DNA from: an uncultured Verrucomicrobiota bacterium
Lineage (GTDB): Bacteria > Verrucomicrobiota > Kiritimatiellia > CAIKKV01 > CAITUY01
NCBI GenBank assembly: GCA_964508705.1
Contig: CAZDUS010000004.1
Span: forward strand, 2,762-66,761
DNA: 64,000 bases
Direction: 5' to 3'
This document shows, one piece after another, positions 45,560-56,001 of this stretch. Within the stretch, counting starts at the first letter, position 1. Each line of letters starts with the position of its first letter. The notes under the pieces are model-generated. The model was given only the letters and a program-made list of their open reading frames with translations. It searched no databases and was not told the DNA's origin. Both the position numbers and the translations under genes were made by a program.

Positions 45560-45954
45560 TTCGTTCGCCTCACACTCAACCATTCAGTGGCAATACCGTA
45601 TTGAGTTACTCGCCCCATTGGAATGGCTTCCAGATAGAGTCGATGCAATGTCGCGTTTGAAGCAATAGTGACAGGATTGCTGTGAAATCTCCAAGCTATC
45701 GATCCCATGGACGACTCCCATACCCCGCTGTCCGCAACTGGGGGATCGCGCTGTGGCCATGTGGCTATTTCCAATTCGGCCAACTTATTGTCAAAAAAGT
45801 CCGAGACTTCCAACACTTCACGAGAAGAATCAATCGCATCAACAGCAACGCTGAATCCTCGCAGGACAGCCACCATCCCGGCCACCAGAATTACCGACGC
45901 CACGAGCACTTCAACTAGTGTGAACCCCTGCTTCCCGCTCATCCCCAACCTCAT
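45556..45954 (-). CDS. GspH/I-like minor pseudopilin
   Basis: ...GKQG/FTLVEVLVASVILVAG prepilin leader. The ATG at 45954 overlaps the gspG stop (ATGA). Confidence 0.6.
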   Translation of the reverse strand: MRLGMSGKQGFTLVEVLVASVILVAGMVAVLRGFSVAVDAIDSSREVLEVSDFFDNKLAELEIATWPQRDPPVADSGVWESSMGSIAWRFHSNPVTIASNATLHRLYLEAIPMGRVTQYGIATEWLSVRRTK

Positions 45955-46349
45955 TCCCAATTCTTTATGTCATCTTCTGTGCCGCTTTTCCCGTCCCTGC
46001 CAGTCGAAAACAAATCATAACTGGAAGGTCTATGAACCCCGGGACAACGATACTGATATTTTCGTCCCCATGGGTCCAAAGGCTTTCGCTCCAAGTATGG
46101 TCCCTTGCCTGACGTCGTCATCAACACATCAACCCCGACCTCCGTCGTTGGGTAAGCCCCGGTATCCAGTCGAAACAGCTTCAAGGCTGTGTCCAAGCTA
46201 CTCAAATCACCCTGAGCAATCTTGTCCTTTGCTTCATCAGAACGACCAATCAGGCTTGGCGTAACCATAGCCGCCAATGCGGCAATAATAATTACAACAA
46301 TCATCAACTCGATCAGTGTAAATCCCCGACAAAGCTTCCGAGTCTTCAT
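45951..46349 (-). CDS. gspG: Type II secretion major pseudopilin GspG (copy 2)
   Basis: CRG/FTLIELMIVVIIIAALA leader, DPWGRKYQY and GRDGKSGTEDDIKNW motifs. Confidence 0.9.
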   Translation of the reverse strand: MKTRKLCRGFTLIELMIVVIIIAALAAMVTPSLIGRSDEAKDKIAQGDLSSLDTALKLFRLDTGAYPTTEVGVDVLMTTSGKGPYLERKPLDPWGRKYQYRCPGVHRPSSYDLFSTGRDGKSGTEDDIKNWE

Positions 46350-46388
46350 ATTAGCCCCACTATTATGTTTCTCATCATCTTTCGTCCC

Positions 46389-47603
46389 TCACCTTATCCC
46401 TTGCCCAATCTGAAAGATGGGCAAAAGCATGGCGAAGATAATGAATCCAACAACAATACCCACCGCAAGAATCAATATCGGTTCCAGCAATGTTGTGATT
46501 AACTTCAATCCCCTATCTAATTCCCTCTGATAAAAAGATGCGACCTCAATCAACACCTCGTCGAGTCGCCCACTTTCCTCACCCACTCTGACCATGCTCG
46601 TAACAAAGGCCGGCATCCCGGACCATCGCTTAAGCCCGCTAGCAACAGTGGCGCCTTGTCGAACGGTCTCCACAGCCACGGTCAATATCCCTGTTCGCAG
46701 TCGTCGATTCGTCAGTGTGTGCCCGCCAAGAGTCAGGGCTCTCTCAATAGGTATGCCTGCACGCACGAGCAAGGCCAATGTCCTGGCGAATCTGACAATA
46801 TCTGTGTCCAAGGCAAACTTTCCTAACAGCGGCAACCTCAACACCCAACCATCCACCGCTAATCGTCCCTTTGGTGTCCGCAAGAACCTCGCAAACAATA
46901 AAGCCGCCATTCCGCCCCCAACCACCATCCACACCCAATAGTCCGCAAAGAATCCACTGACCGTCATGACAATGCGCGTAGGCAACGGCAACACACGCCC
47001 CATACCTTCAAACAACCCCATTATCCGCGGGAGAAAAAACGTTAGAATGATGAAAACACTCGCCACACCAACAGCCATCACGAACGCAGGATAAGCCAGC
47101 GCGGACAGCACCTTGCCTCGCAATTCATCATCACTCTCGCGAGCCTCTGAAAGGCGCATGAGTACTTCATCAAGAACTCCCGCCGATTCACCAGACTTAA
47201 CCATGTTGACATATAATTCCGGGAATAGGCGCGGATAACGGACCAAGGCTTCAGAAAACATTTTTCCATCGCGAACGCTTCCTGTGAGCTCTCCAATGAC
47301 ATCGCGAAAAGCAAGGCTTTCGGTCTGCTCCTGAATGGTCGTCAATGCTCGCAAAATTGGCACCCCAGCTCGCAACAATCCGGCCATTTGCCGAGTAAAC
47401 ACGGTTACTTCTCCAGAAGTCACTCGCATCCTTCGCGGCTCGGTCACCTCTCGCGCTGGTTGTTCGTCCGCCTCTTCAATCCAGATCGGTATGCATCCCA
47501 TCCCTTCAAGGCGCGCCACTGCCGCTGAATGATTATCTGCGACAAGTTGACCCTTGACCGTTTTTACAGGCCCTTGCTTTGCTTTATAGGAAAACACCGG
47601 CAT
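46389..47603 (-). CDS. gspF: Type II secretion inner-membrane platform protein GspF
   Basis: Two T2SF repeats, three TM segments, 404 aa. Confidence 0.9.
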   Translation of the reverse strand: MPVFSYKAKQGPVKTVKGQLVADNHSAAVARLEGMGCIPIWIEEADEQPAREVTEPRRMRVTSGEVTVFTRQMAGLLRAGVPILRALTTIQEQTESLAFRDVIGELTGSVRDGKMFSEALVRYPRLFPELYVNMVKSGESAGVLDEVLMRLSEARESDDELRGKVLSALAYPAFVMAVGVASVFIILTFFLPRIMGLFEGMGRVLPLPTRIVMTVSGFFADYWVWMVVGGGMAALLFARFLRTPKGRLAVDGWVLRLPLLGKFALDTDIVRFARTLALLVRAGIPIERALTLGGHTLTNRRLRTGILTVAVETVRQGATVASGLKRWSGMPAFVTSMVRVGEESGRLDEVLIEVASFYQRELDRGLKLITTLLEPILILAVGIVVGFIIFAMLLPIFQIGQGIR

Positions 47604-47621
47604 GAAAACCCTTCATTCCTT

Positions 47622-49286
47622 TCACGCGGTCTCAACCAGAGTCGTTCGCGTGTCAAACGTAACCCGTTCGACTTCCTCCACCGAGGTGACACCTTGGGCG
47701 ATTTTATCCCAACCATCATCAACCAATAACCTCATACCCTCGGCTACCGCATGTGCTCTAATTTCCGTCGCCGACGCCCTCTTCACTATTAAACTCTCAA
47801 CCGAAGAGGTCATGGTAAGTATTTCACAAATCGCCACTCGCCCCCGATACCCAGTATTGTTGCAATGACGACATCCCTTACCGCGACTGCACCGCCGTCC
47901 CTTATGCTCTGTCCACTCCCTGCAATGCTCGCATACAACGCGCACCAACCGCTGGGCCATAAACGCCCGGACTGTGGAAGTAATCAGATAGGGATCAACC
48001 CCCATGTCCAGTAGCCGGATGGCCGCGCTGGCTGCATCATTCGTATGGAGCGTACTAAACACAAGATGCCCAGTTAAAGCAGTCTGAAAGGTGATTTCCG
48101 CCGTCTCAGGATCACGAACCTCTCCAACCATCATGATATCCGGATCGTGCCTCAACATGCTCCTGAGTGCCCTCGCAAATGTTAACTCGATCCGAGGGTT
48201 GATCTGAGTTTGCAGAATACCCTTGAGCTCGTATTCAACTGGATCTTCGATCGTGATGATCTTCCGTTCGCGAGTGTTAAGCCGACTCAAACATGCATAT
48301 AATGTCGTGCTTTTGCCGCTTCCCGTTGGTCCTGTTACAAATACAATCCCGTGCGGAAGTTTGATGAGATCCGACAGGATTTCCAAGGGTCGCGGCGACA
48401 GCCCTAACTGTTCAAGACTGAACAGCATGACGGTGGGAAGAATACGAATGACAACATTTTCGCCATGCACTCCGGGAACCACCGAAACACGCAGGTCAAA
48501 CTGCTCCCTCCCAATGCTAACCCGCGCTCTCCCATCCTGCGGCAGCCGCCGCTCAACAATGTTCAAACCAGCCATCAGTTTAATCCGGGAAACAATAGCT
48601 GGATACAGCCCAGCCATTTGCCGCGACGCAGGGGTGTCATATAAAACACCATCGATCCTGCGGCGCACAACGATATCATCCCGATAGATCTCAAAGTGAA
48701 TATCCGTGGCCCGATCACCAATCGCTTGATGCAGCAATTGATTAACCAGCTTTATAACCGACGCATCTTCCTCTTTGTTTTCCAGATCATGTGACTCCAG
48801 CGCAGGGGTTGCGTCGCGCGCCTCCGGTTGATCCGCCAGAATCCGTTCAACTGTCTCGGCCCCTACCCCGTAATGAATCCTGATCGATTCTCTAACATCA
48901 TTAGCACACGCCAAAACCCGCTCAACGCGCAACCCTAAACTGCTTTCAATGTCTTCCACAGCGGCCATGTCGAAAGGGTTCGCAACCGCAACTGTAAGCA
49001 CTCCAAACGACAACCGAATAGGCATCACCTGGTAATGCGAAACAAATCGCGCCGACAAACTGGCAACGGCCGCCGCCTCAGGCTTCACGTCTTGAAGAGC
49101 AACAAATACAACCCCCTGCTGGGCTGCCACCACTTGCAACAACCGGTCTTCCGGGACCATCCTCTCTCGAATCAACGTCTTTACCAGCGACTCATTTCGT
49201 TCACGCGACAACTTAACCGCCCGTTCAAAAGCCGGACGAGTTAGCAACCGCTCTTCAACCAACATGTCTCCTAGTTGCGACGCCAT
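47622..49286 (-). CDS. gspE: Type II secretion ATPase GspE
   Basis: MshEN/T2SE N-terminal domain, Walker A GPTGSGKST, Asp and His boxes, and a tetracysteine CEHC...CRHC. ATG at 49286 is preferred (GGGGAG upstream). The longer track ORF would overlap the beta gene. Confidence 0.9.
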   Translation of the reverse strand: MASQLGDMLVEERLLTRPAFERAVKLSRERNESLVKTLIRERMVPEDRLLQVVAAQQGVVFVALQDVKPEAAAVASLSARFVSHYQVMPIRLSFGVLTVAVANPFDMAAVEDIESSLGLRVERVLACANDVRESIRIHYGVGAETVERILADQPEARDATPALESHDLENKEEDASVIKLVNQLLHQAIGDRATDIHFEIYRDDIVVRRRIDGVLYDTPASRQMAGLYPAIVSRIKLMAGLNIVERRLPQDGRARVSIGREQFDLRVSVVPGVHGENVVIRILPTVMLFSLEQLGLSPRPLEILSDLIKLPHGIVFVTGPTGSGKSTTLYACLSRLNTRERKIITIEDPVEYELKGILQTQINPRIELTFARALRSMLRHDPDIMMVGEVRDPETAEITFQTALTGHLVFSTLHTNDAASAAIRLLDMGVDPYLITSTVRAFMAQRLVRVVCEHCREWTEHKGRRCSRGKGCRHCNNTGYRGRVAICEILTMTSSVESLIVKRASATEIRAHAVAEGMRLLVDDGWDKIAQGVTSVEEVERVTFDTRTTLVETA

Positions 49287-49297
49287 TCCTGCTCCCC

Positions 49298-50719
<1,422 letters not shown>

Positions 50720-50761
50720 TCAAATCCGCTATCGCCCACGGGAAATCATTCCTCTGTCGCT

Positions 50762-51658
50762 TTATGCCACTTTACGCTTCTTCTTCCGGGATGAGAAGGA
50801 TTCCCTCATGCTTTTGTCCACCATTTCATGGGCGGCTCTGAAACACTGATGTTTGACCTTCTTGTGATCTTTCTCCAGTTTTTGTGAGCTCTCCTCCAGA
50901 TGCATTGCCCTGGCTGAGAATTCCGCCAATTTGCTATCTTCAAATACCTCATACAGCTTGGAGGCCACCCACACGCCGGCCAAATACTCCACCATATCCC
51001 TGTATGAAGATTCGACAATGACCTTACGTGCGTCGGCGATAAAACCGCCCCCTTTTACATGCTCCGAAATCGCTGTTTGCCCTCCCCGATCAAACAACTC
51101 CCCGCATGGCAAAATGGTTATCGTGTCAACCGTCTGCTGTGTAAATGAAAGCGGTCGAGGATGAACAATTATGACCTTACCAATATTGCCTTCCGCCACT
51201 TCCTTAACAAGATAGTCACGGATCTCGAGAGCCTGCTCAAGCCGGGTATCCGGCGTGATTCCAGGAAACGCCTTAAACTCACGCCCTGTCTCGGAAAGTT
51301 TTGATGATCCCTTCTCGCCAATGACAATCCATCTCACTTTCTCATTAGGCAGTTCGCCTTGTGCGTTATAACCCCCTTCGATTACCCCCGCATTCAGCCC
51401 GCCCATAAAACCAGAGTCTGATGTCACTAGCACTATTCCCACTGTATCCGTCGTACACCGCACCAGAGGAGCATCAACCTCCACCATATCCACTACCCTG
51501 AAGAAACCCGCAAACTCCTCCATGAAATCCGCAAAACGCTCTTTCTCTCGCTCCAGCATATGATACTGGGACGCTGCGATGTTTTTCAGGGTCTGAATTA
51601 GTTGCAGAAATTCCGAGTTGAAGCGCAGCTCTTTCCTGAGTTGACTCAACAACGGCAT
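50762..51658 (-). CDS. atpG: F-type ATPase gamma-like subunit
   Basis: N-terminal helix LRKELRFNSEFLQLIQTLKNIAASQ, a central Rossmann-like part and a C-terminal helix. 298 aa, positioned between b-delta and beta. Confidence 0.75.
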   Translation of the reverse strand: MPLLSQLRKELRFNSEFLQLIQTLKNIAASQYHMLEREKERFADFMEEFAGFFRVVDMVEVDAPLVRCTTDTVGIVLVTSDSGFMGGLNAGVIEGGYNAQGELPNEKVRWIVIGEKGSSKLSETGREFKAFPGITPDTRLEQALEIRDYLVKEVAEGNIGKVIIVHPRPLSFTQQTVDTITILPCGELFDRGGQTAISEHVKGGGFIADARKVIVESSYRDMVEYLAGVWVASKLYEVFEDSKLAEFSARAMHLEESSQKLEKDHKKVKHQCFRAAHEMVDKSMRESFSSRKKKRKVA

Positions 51659-51682
51659 CGATATTCCTCTTTCCGCTACGAA

Positions 51683-52414
51683 CTAAATATGCTCGCTTTT
51701 CAACTGGTCGACCGCTTCGCGGAACCGGTTCGCCAAACTACCATCAATCTCAAGACTCCCGAGTTTGATTTTTATTCCAGCTATAAGTTCAGGAATAACA
51801 GTCTCGCGAACATCCAAATTGACATTAAATTTTGACACCACCAACGCCTTCAGCCTCTCTTTATGCGCCACATCCAACGGGCAACTACAGGCAATTTCAA
51901 TGGCATCGGCATCAACGGTAATACTACTTCCATCCATCTCATCAAGCGCGGCTATCAGTTCATCCAAAAAGGCATGATCGAGTTTTTGCCCCATTTCGGC
52001 ACTAAACACCATCTCATAGACTCGACCAACATCCTCCAGCACCTTGGCGGAAGCCTCGCGAGCCAATTCCTGTCGCATTTTTTCCTTATTACGCGTCGCA
52101 TCCTCCAATATGCGATCACGCGCCTTCTTGGCCTCTTCCATCAAAGCGTCCCGACTGCGAGCCATATCCTTCTCCATCGTTTCTCGCGTTTTGGTCAGCG
52201 TCTCCTGAACTTCAGCGCTTTTCCGCCGGAACTCCGTCTCGTTTTCTTCAATCCGCTTACGAACTTGCTCTTCTTTCTTGCCCAGCTCACCTTCGGCTTC
52301 GCGTAGCTTCGTCACTGCCTTCATGGTGTCACGCAATAGAATTTGCCTCAGTACGAACACCGCCACCACAAGGACCGCCACTTGAATAATTATCATGTAA
52401 ACCATGATTCCCAT
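51683..52414 (-). CDS. F-type ATPase subunit b fused to a delta/OSCP C-terminal-like domain
   Basis: One N-terminal TM segment and a long Glu/Lys/Arg-rich helix. The C-terminal end VIPELIAGIKIKLGSLEIDGSLANRF matches the delta signature (...LIGG..I..G....DGS...). ATG at 52414 with GGAGG upstream. Confidence 0.6.
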   Translation of the reverse strand: MGIMVYMIIIQVAVLVVAVFVLRQILLRDTMKAVTKLREAEGELGKKEEQVRKRIEENETEFRRKSAEVQETLTKTRETMEKDMARSRDALMEEAKKARDRILEDATRNKEKMRQELAREASAKVLEDVGRVYEMVFSAEMGQKLDHAFLDELIAALDEMDGSSITVDADAIEIACSCPLDVAHKERLKALVVSKFNVNLDVRETVIPELIAGIKIKLGSLEIDGSLANRFREAVDQLKSEHI

Positions 52415-52479
52415 ACCTACCTCCAACAAATATTCCCCGTTAATAAACTGTCTCTACCAACTCATTAATCCACGCTATT

Positions 52480-52692
52480 TTACCTGCCAAAGAGCTGAAA
52501 CAACACGAGCAACGCAATAACGGCTATCGACTCCGCAAACACCAAAGAAATGATCATAGCTTGCAAAATCTTGTTTGCGGCAGACGGATTTCTCCCCAAC
52601 GCCCGGATACTCGCATATCCAATTGACGCAATGACAGCCGACGGCCCAAGTACAGTCAAAAAGATAACCAGAAATATAATAAAATTCCTCAT
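52480..52692 (-). CDS. atpE: F-type ATPase c subunit (70 aa helical hairpin)
   Basis: Two TM helices, a GRNP polar loop and a membrane carboxylate E54 in FAESIAV. Confidence 0.75.
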   Translation of the reverse strand: MRNFIIFLVIFLTVLGPSAVIASIGYASIRALGRNPSAANKILQAMIISLVFAESIAVIALLVLFQLFGR

Positions 52693-52709
52693 CCTGCCTT
52701 CACCTCGGT

Positions 52710-53003
52710 CTACGCTTCTGATTCCTCGGATTCTTTACGCCTTCGGACCTTGCCGCCCTCCTGTTCGAGCAAAACCACACAAGCCGCTCCAATAAATCTC
52801 ATCATTCCCCTCTTAATCGGGATGCGGATATCCCAGTCAATGACAATCTCCCCTTCCTTAAGCAGGCTAATCACAGGCGCATGATACGCCATCAGCTCAA
52901 ATTCACCGGTATCCCCTGGAAAAAACACATTCCTAACTTTGCCATCATACACAACTTTCTTTGGATTCAAAATTTTAAGCGAAAATGTTGCCACGGCTAC
53001 CAC
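52710..53003 (-). CDS. atpC: F-type ATPase epsilon subunit, beta-sandwich domain only
   Basis: FSLKILNPKKVVYDGKVRNVFFPGDTGEFELMAYHAPVISLLKEGEI aligns by eye to the epsilon N-terminal domain. No C-terminal helical hairpin. GTG start. Confidence 0.7.
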   Translation of the reverse strand: MVAVATFSLKILNPKKVVYDGKVRNVFFPGDTGEFELMAYHAPVISLLKEGEIVIDWDIRIPIKRGMMRFIGAACVVLLEQEGGKVRRRKESEESEA

Positions 53004-53016
53004 CCTTCGTCACCAC

Positions 53017-54501
53017 CTAACCTGCCAACCCCTTTTCGAAAAAAGCTTTCAATGCGTCCGATAGCCTGCGCTCCATCGCGGAATTTAGCGACTTCGACTC
53101 TTCAATATCCTTCAGCAACGCCGTATCGTGGGTTTTTGAAAATCCTCCGATATTTAGTTGGAATGCCTTGAGTTCCGCCGCATCCAAATCATCCAGAAGC
53201 CCTGTTTTCAAGGCATACAGGAGCAACACTTCTTCAGCAAGTTCAACAGGCTTATATTGCGCCTGTTGCATGACGCCAACCAATGCCTGTCCGCGTTTCA
53301 TCACCTGCTCGGCTTCCTTTGACAACCCGGACTGCAACTTGCTGAGCCGGGCGACTTCCACATATTGCAAATAGTCCCTGCGCAGAGATCCGCTTAACGC
53401 CCTTAATATGGGAAGTTGGGAACGACCACCCACAATTGAAATCGATAAATTGAAGTCCACCGCCGGACGCATCCCCTCGCCAAACAACGATGAGTTCATA
53501 TAGACAATACCGTCACAAATCGAAATGAGATTGGATGGAATATATCCCGTTAAATCCCCCTGCAACGTATCCGCGATCCCCAGAAACGTCATCGAGCCGC
53601 CCCCAGCCTCATTGTTCAGACGTCCAGCACGCTCCATCAATTGGGTTTGCACATAAAAAATATCCCCAGGATATGCCTCCCTGCCAGGCGGACGCTCCAA
53701 CAGCAATGATAACTGTCGGTAAGCCCATGCATGCTTAGTTAGATCGTCAAAAACCACCAAAACATCCCTTCCCTTTTTCATGAAATACTCGCCAATTGTC
53801 GCGGCGGAAAATGGCACAATATATTGCTCTCCTGCCGTGGCGCTATCCGTAGCGGCAACAATTCCAGTATACGTCAGAGCGCCTCTCTCGGCCAAAACCG
53901 CTATCACTTTTTCAAGCGCCACCACCGCCTTGCCCACACAACAGTACAAACAAACAACATTACGCCCCTTCTGGCTTAAAATCGCATCCACAGCCAGCGT
54001 CGTCTTGCCTGTCATGCGATCACCCATGATCAACTGACGCTGCCCTTTTCCAAGTGGCACCAGCGCATCCAGCACCTTGGTGCCTGAATACAAAAACCCA
54101 TCGACTGGCGCGCGCTCAGTAATAGGCGCCGAGGCGGCAAATACCGGCTTAATCATGTCAGATTGAATATCCCCTTTCCCGTCACACGGAACACCCAAAG
54201 CATCCACCATGCGCCCAATAAACCCTTCGCCAACAGGAATCGTAAACGGCTCGCTCGTCCCCGATACCATCTGACCCAACCTCACTTTGGAATCATCCCC
54301 CAAAAGCAAAGCCAAAACATCTTCCTCATTAAATCCCATGATAATCCCGCGGTTCCCCTCGCCAAAATCCACCAATTGCCCATTCAGACAGGAAGGCAGA
54401 CCGGTAACCCGGACAATCATTTTCTTAATGTCCTTGATTGTCCCTTTTTCGGTAATCTTGATCTTAAACGGGGCCACGGCTATACGAGGCGAGTTGCTCA
54501 T
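53017..54501 (-). CDS. atpA: F-type ATPase alpha-like subunit, paralogue 2 (Arg finger replaced)
   Basis: P-loop GDRMTGKTT and DDLTKHAWAYRQLSLLLERPPGREAYPGDIFY. SISIVGG stands where alpha subunits have SVSRVG. ATG at 54501 with AGGAGG upstream, lying inside the 3-prime end of paralogue 1. Confidence 0.9.
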   Translation of the reverse strand: MSNSPRIAVAPFKIKITEKGTIKDIKKMIVRVTGLPSCLNGQLVDFGEGNRGIIMGFNEEDVLALLLGDDSKVRLGQMVSGTSEPFTIPVGEGFIGRMVDALGVPCDGKGDIQSDMIKPVFAASAPITERAPVDGFLYSGTKVLDALVPLGKGQRQLIMGDRMTGKTTLAVDAILSQKGRNVVCLYCCVGKAVVALEKVIAVLAERGALTYTGIVAATDSATAGEQYIVPFSAATIGEYFMKKGRDVLVVFDDLTKHAWAYRQLSLLLERPPGREAYPGDIFYVQTQLMERAGRLNNEAGGGSMTFLGIADTLQGDLTGYIPSNLISICDGIVYMNSSLFGEGMRPAVDFNLSISIVGGRSQLPILRALSGSLRRDYLQYVEVARLSKLQSGLSKEAEQVMKRGQALVGVMQQAQYKPVELAEEVLLLYALKTGLLDDLDAAELKAFQLNIGGFSKTHDTALLKDIEESKSLNSAMERRLSDALKAFFEKGLAG

Positions 54502-55927
54502 GGAGTCCCTCCTTGATTTCAGCAGTCAAATCTTTCTTCTCAACCAATGCGGCCATCAACTCCGGCCTTTCCCGATGGACCTTCTCTATCAATCCTCTCA
54601 TATACGCGACCACCTGATCAGGCATCAGGTGTTCCATAAATCCGTTTGCCAACCCATACAGGACAACAATCTGGTCCTCAACTGCAACCGGCGAATCCTT
54701 ATCCTGCTTTAAAATCTCAGCTACCACGCGACCTTTCCGAAGACGCTTTTCCACCGCATCCGACACTCCCGCCTTGATACGCGTCAGCTTCTCCAACTCC
54801 TTAAACTGGATGTATTCCAGTCGCAAAATCCCAGCCAGTTTACGCATCGCAGGCCACTGCACTTTACTGCCAATACGAGAAACGGATAAGCCTATATCAA
54901 TAGCCGGCTTGAATCCCTCCGTGAATAACGGAGTACTCACATAAAGCTGCCCGTCCGTCATGGAAATAATATTCGTTGGAATATACCCTGTCACGTCCCC
55001 CTGCACTGTTTCCACAATCGGGAAAAACGTCATGGAGCCGGAGCCTCTTTCCGGATTTAACTTGCCGGCACGCTCAACAAGCTGGGAATGCAGGTAAAAA
55101 ATATCTCCCGGATACGCATCACGCCCCGGCGAGCGCTCCAGCAACAAGGACATTTGACGATACACCCAAGCATGCTTCGTAAGATCATCAAATACCACAA
55201 ACACATCCCGCCCCTTGACGTTCATGAAATACTCGCCAATACTGGCAGCCACATAGGGCGCCAGATATTGCTGCCCCACCGATGATGCCGCCGTGGCCGC
55301 AACAATCACAGCATAATCCATGGCGCCCCGCTCACGAAACAAATCCATCACGCGGTTCAGGGATGCCTCTGTCTTGCCTATGCTGCAATAGATGCAAATC
55401 ACATTCTTCCCCTTCTGGTTCAGAATGGTATCCGTGGCTATCGTCGTCTTCCCCGTAACACGATCGCCAAGGATTAACTGTCGTTGCCCTTTACCTACGG
55501 GGTTCATCATGTCGAGAATCTTAACCCCCGTCTCCAATGACTCTTTCAACGGAGTTCGCTCCAATACGCCGGGCGACATGCCGAATATAGGATAACGGCT
55601 TTCCGCCTTGATTGGGGCCCCTCCATCCATCGGCTCAGCCAACCCATTCACCACTCGGCCAAGGAATCCTTCCCCGACCGGCACCGTGCATGTCTCAATC
55701 GTGGAATGAAGCCTGTCGCCGGGTTTTAATTTCGCACCCTGTTTTACAATCATGGCTAACTCATAGCCACCATCAAAGCCCACGATAACACCCGTACTAC
55801 CACCGTCAAAATGCACCAATTGGCCATTCATGCAATTGGTCAGGCCTGTGATATGAGCAATGTCCTGCTTGATTTCAGCAACCAACCCATATTCCTTCAC
55901 CTGAAGCGGACTTATCTTTAAAGCCAT
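54464..55927 (-). CDS. atpA: F-type ATPase alpha-like subunit, paralogue 1
   Basis: P-loop GDRVTGKTT and DDLTKHAWVYRQMSLLLERSPGRDAYPGDIFY. SVSRIGS retains the Arg. Confidence 0.9.
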   Translation of the reverse strand: MALKISPLQVKEYGLVAEIKQDIAHITGLTNCMNGQLVHFDGGSTGVIVGFDGGYELAMIVKQGAKLKPGDRLHSTIETCTVPVGEGFLGRVVNGLAEPMDGGAPIKAESRYPIFGMSPGVLERTPLKESLETGVKILDMMNPVGKGQRQLILGDRVTGKTTIATDTILNQKGKNVICIYCSIGKTEASLNRVMDLFRERGAMDYAVIVAATAASSVGQQYLAPYVAASIGEYFMNVKGRDVFVVFDDLTKHAWVYRQMSLLLERSPGRDAYPGDIFYLHSQLVERAGKLNPERGSGSMTFFPIVETVQGDVTGYIPTNIISMTDGQLYVSTPLFTEGFKPAIDIGLSVSRIGSKVQWPAMRKLAGILRLEYIQFKELEKLTRIKAGVSDAVEKRLRKGRVVAEILKQDKDSPVAVEDQIVVLYGLANGFMEHLMPDQVVAYMRGLIEKVHRERPELMAALVEKKDLTAEIKEGLHEQLASYSRGPV

Positions 55928-56001
55928 GTTTATTTATCCTCAAGCCTCACATTAAATCCAAAAAATCATTCTTCGTCACCGACTTGATCGACAGGCCCCT
56001 C

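Noticed and set aside
45951-49286. Calling the E-F-G core a type IV pilus system.
   Set aside because: Both major subunits carry GspG-specific motifs (DPW..Y.Y and a Ca-binding tail). A GspK-like gene is present, and no PilT retraction ATPase is seen. A hybrid nature is noted in the findings.
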